This document shows positions 16,604-24,154 of a stretch of 64,000 nucleotides of DNA, piece by piece (the first letter of the stretch is position 1; every line of letters starts with the position of its first letter). The notes under the pieces are model-generated. The model was given only the letters and a program-made list of their open reading frames with translations. It was not told the origin of the DNA and made no database searches. The position numbers and the translations under genes are program-made. Origin of the DNA: an uncultured Alphaproteobacteria bacterium (GTDB lineage Bacteria; Pseudomonadota; Alphaproteobacteria; JAJFIK01); contig CAYYTT010000001.1 in NCBI GenBank assembly GCA_964474635.1, forward strand, positions 15,930-79,929. The letters are read 5' to 3'.

Positions 16604-17506
16604 ATGGCCGAAACGGTTTCACAGCCTTTGGCGGGCACACTCCGCGCGCTGCTCATGGCCGGCGGCCCTTCGATGGCCTTGGCGATGGCGATGGCCATGG
16701 CACCGGCACAAAGCGCTCTTGCCCTGCAGGACAGCCCGGCATCTGCCGCCGGGGCCGCCGACGAAGAGGCCCAAAGCCTTGTCGTGGTGCGCAGTTCGGC
16801 GCAGGCGCTCGGCGTTGGCGATGTCCTGCAAAGTGGACAGATCGTGCGCTTGGCGGAAAACGAGGAAATCGAAATCCTGTCCCAGCGCGGTGTGAGCGTC
16901 GTTTATCGCGGCCCCTTTGAAGGGCCGGTGAGCGGGCGCGGCGACGCGGTTGGACGGTCGCGCCTGAAGTTGCTGCGCGATGCGATTTTCGGTCTTGATG
17001 AGGGCACCCGCGTCATGGGCGGCACCCGCCAGCTGGAGCGCCCACCCCTGACGGACGCCGATAACGGGACGGACGACGCACCAGGCGATCCGGGTGAAGA
17101 AGACCCCGCGCCCCTGGGCCCGGCGGGAGAAGCAATCCTGATCGACCTGGCCCAAGGGGGAACCTGGTGCGCCGTCGATGGCGTCGATCTGTGGTTGATG
17201 CGTGCCGAATACGGCCGTGCCCGTGCACAGCTGAGCGATGGGACCGCGCGCGCGCCCTTGACCTGGAGCTATTTCGCGGAGGCCCTGCCCTGGCCAGACG
17301 CGGTGCCGCGCACGGACGGTGCCCGCTACTCGGTGACATTCGACAATGGGCCAACCTTGAGGTTCGACCTGCGTGTGGTCGCGCCCGCAGCCGATCCGGC
17401 GGGCACACTCATTGTACTGGCGCGCAGCGGCTGCCGGTCCCAAGTCGCCCGCGCCGCCGCCGCTCTTGAAGGCACGCCCGATAACGGCGACGGGCCAACC
17501 CGCTGA
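16604..17506 (+). CDS. Secreted hypothetical protein (signal peptide; short FecR-like stretch), divergent partner of the CHASE2 cyclase
   Basis: This is the 3' part of track ORF 15134..17506. ATG 16604 is preceded by GGGAGGGA. The N-terminus MAETVSQPLAGTLRALLMAGGPSMALAMAMAMAPAQSALA looks like a signal peptide. SLVVVRSSAQALGVGDVLQSGQIVRLAENEEIEILS resembles a FecR-type beta segment. The C-terminal half has two Cys. No family could be assigned by eye. Confidence 0.65.
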   Translation: MAETVSQPLAGTLRALLMAGGPSMALAMAMAMAPAQSALALQDSPASAAGAADEEAQSLVVVRSSAQALGVGDVLQSGQIVRLAENEEIEILSQRGVSVVYRGPFEGPVSGRGDAVGRSRLKLLRDAIFGLDEGTRVMGGTRQLERPPLTDADNGTDDAPGDPGEEDPAPLGPAGEAILIDLAQGGTWCAVDGVDLWLMRAEYGRARAQLSDGTARAPLTWSYFAEALPWPDAVPRTDGARYSVTFDNGPTLRFDLRVVAPAADPAGTLIVLARSGCRSQVARAAAALEGTPDNGDGPTR

Positions 17507-17592
17507 CTCTGACTTTGGCGCTGCCTCTGGCGCTGAGAGAGCACAGGCTCGCCTTTCTGCGAACTCGGGCCTTTGACCCGGCATAGAAGAGT

Positions 17593-18225
17593 TTACAGCT
17601 CGATGTCCCGTGACCCCGGCGGGGTGGTGTCGTCCGTGGCCGGCTTTGCCGTGCGCACGGCGACCAGATAGCGCGCCTGGTCCTCACTCGCGACCCGCTC
17701 GATGGTGCGCACCAGACAGCGGAAGCGCCGGACGATGATGCGCTCGCCCGCACCGCCGCACAGAAACCCGGTCCGCGAGGCCGTCAGAATGCGGAGCGCA
17801 AAGCGCAGCTCCGGGCAGACCCCGGCAAAGGTGACCAGATAGGGCCGGCGCACCGACGCGATGAAAATCGCGTGGCGCCGGTCGATCACCTGGAAATTCC
17901 GCAGCAAACGCAGATTGATGCAGTCCCGGCGCGGCTCCGGCCAGGTCGGATCGGCCTTTAAGGGACGCGGCGGATCGCCAGCATCCTGCCCCACCGTTTG
18001 CCGGGGCACGGGCGTGTAGGACATGGCCGGGAGCGGTGTGCGGGTCTCCAGTTCGCCCTGCCTCAGATGATCGCCCACGGCATCGGCCAACAGACCATGC
18101 ATCCTGGACCCGTCGGCAAGGCCCGGAAAGGGTCCGAATGCTATCAGCACACCAACGAAGAGGCCGACCATCGTGTCGAGACCGAAACGGCGCTCACGTC
18201 TTGGTTCCATGACATCGGCTCCCAT
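17593..18225 (-). CDS. Hypothetical membrane-anchored/secreted protein
   Basis: ORF 17593..18360 trimmed to the internal Met (MGADVMEPRRERRFGLDTMVGLFVGVLIAFG, an N-terminal hydrophobic helix), because the longer form overlaps the ilvA start region. The C-terminal part has four Cys (CINLR...GVCPELRF...GFLCGG...RCLV). Family not recognised with confidence. Confidence 0.5.
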   Translation of the reverse strand: MGADVMEPRRERRFGLDTMVGLFVGVLIAFGPFPGLADGSRMHGLLADAVGDHLRQGELETRTPLPAMSYTPVPRQTVGQDAGDPPRPLKADPTWPEPRRDCINLRLLRNFQVIDRRHAIFIASVRRPYLVTFAGVCPELRFALRILTASRTGFLCGGAGERIIVRRFRCLVRTIERVASEDQARYLVAVRTAKPATDDTTPPGSRDIEL

Positions 18226-18387
18226 GACATTTTCAAACCGAACGCCTGTCTGGTGGACGGCGCGGTGACATCGCTGCTGCCCGCTTCGCCGAACCGTATC
18301 CTCAGGCGGGCATGGCGCCCTGTCGAGCCCCAACCAAATGCGTGCCCGGCACGCGCCCACGTTCCTTTTGCGAGTCGGGAGGGCCCC

Positions 18388-19596
18388 ATGGCCGTAACGC
18401 TAAACGATATCCGCCGGGCCCAAACGGTCATTGACGGCGCGGTGGAGAATACACCCTTCGTTTTAAGTCGCACACTTTCGGGCCTTTTGGGTGCGCAAAT
18501 TCATATAAAATTTGAGAATTTGCAGTTCACAGCCTCGTTTAAGGAGCGAGGAGCCCTCAATAAGCTCGAAAGTCTGTCTTTCGAGGCCCGAAATGGGGGT
18601 GTCATCGCCATGTCGGCCGGCAATCATGCCCAAGGCGTCGCTTATCATGCCCAAAGGCTCGGCATTCCCGCGACCATCGTCATGCCCCGTGCGACGCCTT
18701 ACGTGAAAGTACGCCAGACCGCCCATTTCGGCGCGCGCATCATTTTGGAGGGCGACACGCTCAGCGAAGCCTCCGACTTCGCCCACGCCATGGCCACACG
18801 CGAGGGGCTGGTGTTCGTCCACCCCTATGACGATGACCATGTGATTGCCGGCCAGGGCACCCTTGCCCTCGAAATGCTCGATGCCGTCCCGGACCTTGAT
18901 GTCCTGGTGGTCCCCATCGGCGGGGGGGGCCTCATTGGCGGCATGGCCACGGCGGCGAAGGCCATCCGGCCGGACATCCGGGTCGTCGGCGTGGAAGCCG
19001 CCCTTTATCCATCCATGAGTGCCGCCCTGCGCGGTGTGCAGGGCCTGTGTGGCGGGACGACCATCGCCGAGGGCATCGCGGTGAAACAGGTGGGCGCCAA
19101 GCCACTGGAAATCGCACGCCGGCTCGTCGACGAGGTGATCACCGTCGAGGAACGCGACCTGGAGCGGGCGGTCAATCTGCTGCTCACCATCGAGAAAACC
19201 GTGGCCGAGGGGGCCGGCGCGGCGGGCCTGGCGGCCCTGATGGCCCGTCCGGAGCTGTTCCGTGGGCGCAAAGTGGGCATTCCCCTGTGCGGCGGCAATA
19301 TTGACCCGAGGCTGCTTGCCTCCGTGATCATGCGCGAGTTGATGCATGACGGGCGGATCGCGCGCATCGGTGTGGACGTGGCGGACTCGCCCGGTCAGCT
19401 CGCACGGGTTGCCGGCATCATCGGCGAATACGGTTGCAGCGTGATCGAGGTGTCCCATCACAGACTGGCCCTCGACATGTCGGCAAAGCATGCGACCCTG
19501 GAAATGATGATAGAGGCCCGGGACAAGGATCAGGTCCGCGACATTGTCGCCCGCCTGCGCCAGGACGGGTTTGCGGTGCGCGATGTCTCGATTTAA
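18388..19596 (+). CDS. ilvA: Threonine ammonia-lyase (threonine dehydratase), PLP-dependent, with C-terminal ACT-like domain
   Basis: ORF 17998..19596; start MAVTLNDIRRAQTVIDGAVENTPF at 18388. PLP-lysine motif FENLQFTASFKERGALNKL. Glycine loop AMSAGNHAQGVAYHA. C-terminal regulatory segment IARIGVDVADSPGQLARVAGIIGEYG. Confidence 0.9.
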   Translation: MAVTLNDIRRAQTVIDGAVENTPFVLSRTLSGLLGAQIHIKFENLQFTASFKERGALNKLESLSFEARNGGVIAMSAGNHAQGVAYHAQRLGIPATIVMPRATPYVKVRQTAHFGARIILEGDTLSEASDFAHAMATREGLVFVHPYDDDHVIAGQGTLALEMLDAVPDLDVLVVPIGGGGLIGGMATAAKAIRPDIRVVGVEAALYPSMSAALRGVQGLCGGTTIAEGIAVKQVGAKPLEIARRLVDEVITVEERDLERAVNLLLTIEKTVAEGAGAAGLAALMARPELFRGRKVGIPLCGGNIDPRLLASVIMRELMHDGRIARIGVDVADSPGQLARVAGIIGEYGCSVIEVSHHRLALDMSAKHATLEMMIEARDKDQVRDIVARLRQDGFAVRDVSI

Positions 19597-19805
19597 CGGG
19601 GCTTGGCGGCCAGGGGGCGTCCTGTCGCGATCGCGTGACCACGCGTGCGCACGGCCCCTTTGATTTGGGTTTTTGGGCCGGGTTTTGTTTGTCATGGCGG
19701 GGCGACCTGCCTATCTGTGGGTGTCGCGGGTTGGGTGGATTGGTCCAGGATCCGGTGGGTGCATCGGACCTTGCGCAGACCGGCCAAGGAGGGAGGCGGC
19801 AAAGC

Positions 19806-20981
19806 ATGCATGTAGCGGTGATCGGCGGGGGGTTGATCGGTCTGAGCACGGCTTGGGCGCTGAGCCGTTGCGGTGTCTCGGTCACCGTGTTCGAGAGCGG
19901 GCGCATGGGGCGCGGGGCCAGTTGGGCCGCCGGGGGCATGCTCGCCGCCCATGTGGAAGATGAGGCCTGCGATCCCGCCTTTCTGACCCTGGCCCGCGCG
20001 AGCCAGGACCTGTGGCCCGGTTTCGCCGCCGCCCTGACCGAGGCAACCGGCCTGCCGCTCGAGGTTGACCAGGCGGGCACTCTCGTTGCCGCGTTTGACC
20101 CGGTTACGGCCGACCGCTGGCGCGATCTGTGCCGCTCGGACCGTCTGCGCAGCGATCTCCACTGGCTCTCACCCCGGGAGGCCCGGGGCCGCGAGCCGGG
20201 ACTGGCGCGCGACTGCCTCGGCGCGGCCTTCAGCCCGCGCGATCATCAAATCGACCCGCGCGCGGCCGTAAGCGCCCTCATCAAGGCCTGCCAGGCCTCC
20301 GGTGTCACCCTGGCCGAGGACCGTCCCGTGCTGGCGATTGATGCGCGCGGCGGCCGGGTGACGGGCGTCATCACGCCGGAAGGGCGCATCGGCTGCGATG
20401 CGGCGGTGCTGGCGGCTGGCGCCTGGAGCGGACGCATTGAGGGCCAGGGCCCCGGTGCCGCCATGCCGGTCCGGCCCATCAAGGGTCAGATGGCCTGCCT
20501 TGTCTGGGATCAGCCGGCACCGCCGCCGCGCCATGTCATCTGGGGCCCCGGCCTTTACGCCATCCCGCGCGCCGACGGGCGCCTTGTCCTTGGCGCGAGT
20601 GTCGAAGATGTGGGTTTTGATCCGCGCCTGACGGCCGGTGCGGTCGGCCGCCTGCTCCAGGCGGTGGCCCGCACCCTGCCCGGCGCGGAGGCCTGCGCGC
20701 TTCAGGAAATGTGGGCCGGTTATCGCCCCGCCGCCCCTGACCGGCGCCCGGTCATCGGCCCTGGCGCGCTTGACGGACTGACCATCGCCACGGGCCATCA
20801 CCGCAACGGCATCCTGCTGGCGCCGGTGACGGCCGAGATCGTGCGCGACCTCGTTCTTGGCGCCGTACCGCGCCACAACCTGACGGCCTTTTCCCCTGCC
20901 CGGTTCTGGACCGCCGGCCCCCGCCCTCGCGTGACAGCGCCGTCCGGCGCGCGCACCGAGACCGGGGTCCGCATGGCCTGA
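19806..20981 (+). CDS. thiO: FAD-dependent glycine oxidase-like oxidoreductase (ThiO/DAO family)
   Basis: ORF 19434..20981; start MHVAVIGGGLIGLSTAWALSRCGVSVTVFE (Rossmann GxGxxG) at 19806. GASWAAGGMLAAHVE and GHHRNGILLAPVTAE are typical of ThiO. No thiS or thiG is adjacent, so the symbol is tentative. Confidence 0.7.
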   Translation: MHVAVIGGGLIGLSTAWALSRCGVSVTVFESGRMGRGASWAAGGMLAAHVEDEACDPAFLTLARASQDLWPGFAAALTEATGLPLEVDQAGTLVAAFDPVTADRWRDLCRSDRLRSDLHWLSPREARGREPGLARDCLGAAFSPRDHQIDPRAAVSALIKACQASGVTLAEDRPVLAIDARGGRVTGVITPEGRIGCDAAVLAAGAWSGRIEGQGPGAAMPVRPIKGQMACLVWDQPAPPPRHVIWGPGLYAIPRADGRLVLGASVEDVGFDPRLTAGAVGRLLQAVARTLPGAEACALQEMWAGYRPAAPDRRPVIGPGALDGLTIATGHHRNGILLAPVTAEIVRDLVLGAVPRHNLTAFSPARFWTAGPRPRVTAPSGARTETGVRMA

Positions 20982-21012
20982 CGGGCCCACCACCGCCGCG
21001 ATACGGCGACAG

Positions 21013-22071
21013 ATGGACGAAAGAGCAATGTGGGAACCCTATTTTTGGACGGCCGTTGGCCTTGTCCTGTTGATGCTCGGCGGCGACGCGGTGGTGCGCG
21101 GCGCGGCGGGCCTCGCCAAGAAGTTCGGCGTGTCTGAACTTCTGATCGGCCTTGTCATCGTCGCCTTCGGCACGTCCGCGCCGGAGCTGGTGGTGTCGAT
21201 CCGCTCGGTGCTGGACGGGGTGCCGGACGTGGCCGTGGGCAATGTCATCGGCAGCAACATCGCCAATATCCTGCTGGTGCTCGGCTTTGGCGCGATCATC
21301 GCGCCCATTCCCATGAGCCAGAACGTCCTCTTCCGCGACGGGGTCGTGGTTTTGGCGGCGAGCGGTTTTCTGGTCTGGCTCGGGGCCTTGGGCGCCATCC
21401 AGTTCTCCGCCGGCGTGGTGCTGAGCAGTGCCCTGGCGGTTTATCTCGTTTACTCCTACGCCACCGAACAGAGCCCGGCGGCGCGCCGTGAGCGTGCGCC
21501 GAGTGAAAAGACGCCGCGCAAGGAGGCTTTTTCGGAAAAGGTAAAACGCAACCGCGCCCTGCTGATTGCCGCGCTCGACGGCAACAGTCTGCCGGTCCAG
21601 ATGATCCTTCTCGTGATCGGGTTCGTAGCCCTGTTTTTCGGGGCCAAATGGCTGATCTTCGGCGCGGTGGAAATCGCGCTCGGCTGGGGTGTGTCGGAAG
21701 CGGTCATCGGGGTGAGCATTATCGCCATCGGCACCTCCGTGCCGGAACTGGCGGCCGTGGCGGTCGCTGCCTTGCGCAAGCATCCCGAGGTCGTGCTGGG
21801 CAGCATCGTCGGCAGCAACATTTTCAACATTCTTGCCGTGCTGGGCATAACGGCCCTGATCCAGCCCATCGAAATCGCCGCGCGCTTCTATGATTTCGAT
21901 CTTTGGTTGATGCTGGCCGTGGTGGTGATCTTCCTGATCTTCCTCTCAAGCGACGCCCGATTGTCGCGCCTGGAAGGCTCGCTGATGCTGATCGGCTATA
22001 TCGCCTATATTCTCATTTTGTTTTCAGGCGTTCTGCCCGAACCCTTCCGGGAGCGCATCGGCATTCCCTGA
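21013..22071 (+). CDS. Calcium/sodium antiporter (CaCA family, YrbG-like)
   Basis: 352-aa polytopic membrane protein with two alpha-repeats: GTSAPELVVSI...GNVIGSNIANILLVLG, and GTSVPELAAVAVAALR...GSIVGSNIFNILAVLG. Confidence 0.85.
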   Translation: MDERAMWEPYFWTAVGLVLLMLGGDAVVRGAAGLAKKFGVSELLIGLVIVAFGTSAPELVVSIRSVLDGVPDVAVGNVIGSNIANILLVLGFGAIIAPIPMSQNVLFRDGVVVLAASGFLVWLGALGAIQFSAGVVLSSALAVYLVYSYATEQSPAARRERAPSEKTPRKEAFSEKVKRNRALLIAALDGNSLPVQMILLVIGFVALFFGAKWLIFGAVEIALGWGVSEAVIGVSIIAIGTSVPELAAVAVAALRKHPEVVLGSIVGSNIFNILAVLGITALIQPIEIAARFYDFDLWLMLAVVVIFLIFLSSDARLSRLEGSLMLIGYIAYILILFSGVLPEPFRERIGIP

Positions 22072-22162
22072 TCGGTCCTGACCGGAGAGCCTCCCGGCTC
22101 CGCGGACAGACCACGCGCAGAGCGCCAAGGACACCAACGAAACGCCGGGGAGCACACCGCCC

Positions 22163-23329
22163 ATGGACATCGCCCTCACCGAGGATCGCCAGGCGATCAT
22201 CGAAGCCGTCGCCAAGGTCTGCGCGGCCTATCCGGACGACTATTGGCGCGAGCGCGACAAGACCGGGGCGTTTCCGGAAGAGTTCGTCGCCGACATGGCG
22301 GCCGGCGGCTGGCTCGGCATCGCCCTTCCCGAGGAGGTGGGCGGCTCGGGCCTCGGCGTGCTCGAAACATCCCTCATGATGCGGACCGTCGCCGAATCCG
22401 GTGCGGCCATGCAGGGCGTGTCCTCAATCCATGTGAACCTGTTCGGTCCCCTGCCGCTTGCCTTGTTCGGCACACCAGAGCAGAAACACCACCATCTGCC
22501 GCGCCTGATCTCCGGCCAGGACCGCATGTGTTTCGGCGTGACCGAGCCCAATTCGGGCCTCGACACCTCGTCGATCCAGACCAAGGCGGAACGCGACGGC
22601 AACGGCTATGTGATTTCCGGACGGAAGATCTGGACCACGACGGCCCAGAGCGCCAACAAAATCCTGCTCATCGCGCGCACCACTCCGCGCGACCAGTGCG
22701 CCAAACCGACCGACGGCATGACCCTGTTCTATACGGACATGGACAGGGATTATGTGGACGCGCAGATTATCGAAAAAATGGGCCGCAAGTCGGTGGAGTG
22801 CAACACGGTCTTCATTGACGGTCTGAAAGTGCCGCTTGAGGACCGCGTTGGCGAGGAAGGCAAGGGCTTTTCCTATCTGCTCCACGGCCTCAATCCGGAG
22901 CGCATCTTGTTCGGTATCGAAGCGGTGGGCATTGGCCGCGCCGCCCTGCGCAAGGCCGTGACATATGCGAAGGAGCGGGAAGTTTTCGGCCGGCCCATCG
23001 GCATGAACCAGGGTGTGCAACACCCCCTCGCCCGCTCCTGGGCCGAGCTGGAAGCCGCCGAATTGCTGGCCCTCAAAGCCGCGGCCCTGTTCGATTCGGG
23101 CGCGCCGTGCGGCGCCGAAGCCAACGCCGCCAAACTCTTGGGCTCGGAAGCAGGCTATAATGCCTGCGAGCGCTCCGTGCTCGCCCATGGCGGCATGGGG
23201 TATGCCAAGGAATACGACGTGGAACGCTATTTCCGTGAGGTGATGATCACACGAATTGCACCCGTCAGCACGGAAATGATCCTGAACTTCATCGGCGAGC
23301 GGGTGCTGGGTCTGCCCCGATCTTACTAG
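22163..23329 (+). CDS. Acyl-CoA dehydrogenase family protein
   Basis: 388 aa. Motifs: MCFGVTEPNSGLDTSSIQTKAERDGNGYVISGRKIWTT, RAALRKAVTYAKEREVFGRPIGMNQGVQHPLA, and HGGMGYAKEYDVERYFREVMI. Confidence 0.9.
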   Translation: MDIALTEDRQAIIEAVAKVCAAYPDDYWRERDKTGAFPEEFVADMAAGGWLGIALPEEVGGSGLGVLETSLMMRTVAESGAAMQGVSSIHVNLFGPLPLALFGTPEQKHHHLPRLISGQDRMCFGVTEPNSGLDTSSIQTKAERDGNGYVISGRKIWTTTAQSANKILLIARTTPRDQCAKPTDGMTLFYTDMDRDYVDAQIIEKMGRKSVECNTVFIDGLKVPLEDRVGEEGKGFSYLLHGLNPERILFGIEAVGIGRAALRKAVTYAKEREVFGRPIGMNQGVQHPLARSWAELEAAELLALKAAALFDSGAPCGAEANAAKLLGSEAGYNACERSVLAHGGMGYAKEYDVERYFREVMITRIAPVSTEMILNFIGERVLGLPRSY

Positions 23330-23369
23330 AGCCCATTCAATGATCTCCGAATCATTGAATGGGCTCTAG
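23326..23369. terminator. Perfect 19-bp inverted repeat (6-nt loop) between convergent genes; likely bidirectional terminator
   Basis: ctagagcccattcaatgat (23326-23344), ctccga loop, then atcattgaatgggctctag (23351-23369). The arms are exact reverse complements. The repeat starts inside the acyl-CoA DH stop codon and is followed by gtattgatttt. Confidence 0.6.
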
Positions 23370-23428
23370 CGTATTGATTTTGAGCGCTTTCCGGGCGGAA
23401 AACCGCATACACTTTTCCTGAAAGCGCT
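23326..23428. repeat. Composite palindromic intergenic element (19-bp hairpin plus a second 9-bp inverted repeat agcgctttc...gaaagcgct)
   Basis: It fills the whole 99-bp convergent gap. The reverse strand reads gaaaagtgtatgcggttttccgcccggaaagcgctcaaaatcaatacgctagagcccattcaatgattcggagatcattgaatgggctctag. This resembles, from memory, a repeated intergenic element family of alphaproteobacteria. Confidence 0.45.
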
Positions 23429-24154
23429 CTATACCAGGCCGCCGAGATCCGCGTCGGCGGAGGCCGGGCCAACCTTGTAGCCATGGCCGCGCACGGTATG
23501 GATGAGCGGTGCCAGCCCGTCCAGGTCGATCTTTTTGCGCAAGCGGCCAATGCACACCTCAAGCACATTGGCCGCGCCCTGTCCCTTTTCGCCCCAGATA
23601 CGCTCGCGGATCTGATCCTTGGCAAAAACCCGGTCGGGCGCGCTCATGAGCAGCTCCAGCAGCGCGAACTCCTTGGAGGTGAGCGTGACCTCCCGGTCCG
23701 CGCGGAACACTCGAAACCGGCTTGCGTCAAGCGTCAGATCGGCCACCGTCAGAACGGCGGAGATGTCCTCGGTGCCCTTGTGGCGCCGGATGAGGGCCTC
23801 GATCCGGGCGAGCAACTCTTCAAATTCGAAGGGTTTGCACAGATAGTCATCCGCCCCCGTGCGCAGCCCGCGCACCTTATCGTCAAGGGAGTCAAGGGCC
23901 GTCAGCATCAGGATGGGCGTCTGGATCCGGGCCGCCCGCACGGCGGCGCACACGCTGTGCCCCGTTCCGTCCGGCAACATCACATCGAGGAGAATGGTGT
24001 CGAACGCACCGGCTTGGGCGGCGGCTTCGCCGGAGCGCGCCGTCGCCTGATGGTCCACCGTATAGCCTTCGGCCGTCAGGCCGCGCTGCAGGAAATCGGC
24101 AATCTCTAAATCGTCTTCGACCAGTAAAAGAGCGCCCAGACAGGCATGGCTCAT
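23429..24154 (-). CDS. OmpR/PhoB-family response regulator transcription factor
   Basis: 241 aa. Receiver: LLLVEDDLEIADFL...FDTILLDVMLPDGTG...PILMLTALDSLDDKVRGLRTGADDYLCKPFEFEEL. Winged helix: VTLTSKEFALLELLMSAPDRVF...LEVCIGRLRKKID...IHTVRGHGYKV. It has a 4-nt overlap with the upstream kinase gene. Confidence 0.95.
   Translation of the reverse strand: MSHACLGALLLVEDDLEIADFLQRGLTAEGYTVDHQATARSGEAAAQAGAFDTILLDVMLPDGTGHSVCAAVRAARIQTPILMLTALDSLDDKVRGLRTGADDYLCKPFEFEELLARIEALIRRHKGTEDISAVLTVADLTLDASRFRVFRADREVTLTSKEFALLELLMSAPDRVFAKDQIRERIWGEKGQGAANVLEVCIGRLRKKIDLDGLAPLIHTVRGHGYKVGPASADADLGGLV

Noticed and set aside
19597-19805. Possible TPP (THI-box) riboswitch upstream of the thiO-like gene
   Set aside because: I could not find the conserved CUGAGA core or the ACCUGAUCUGGAUAAUGCCAGCG-like arm. 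Only a weak resemblance is present (tccaggatccgg). No thiS or thiG follows. A covariance-model scan would be needed to settle this.
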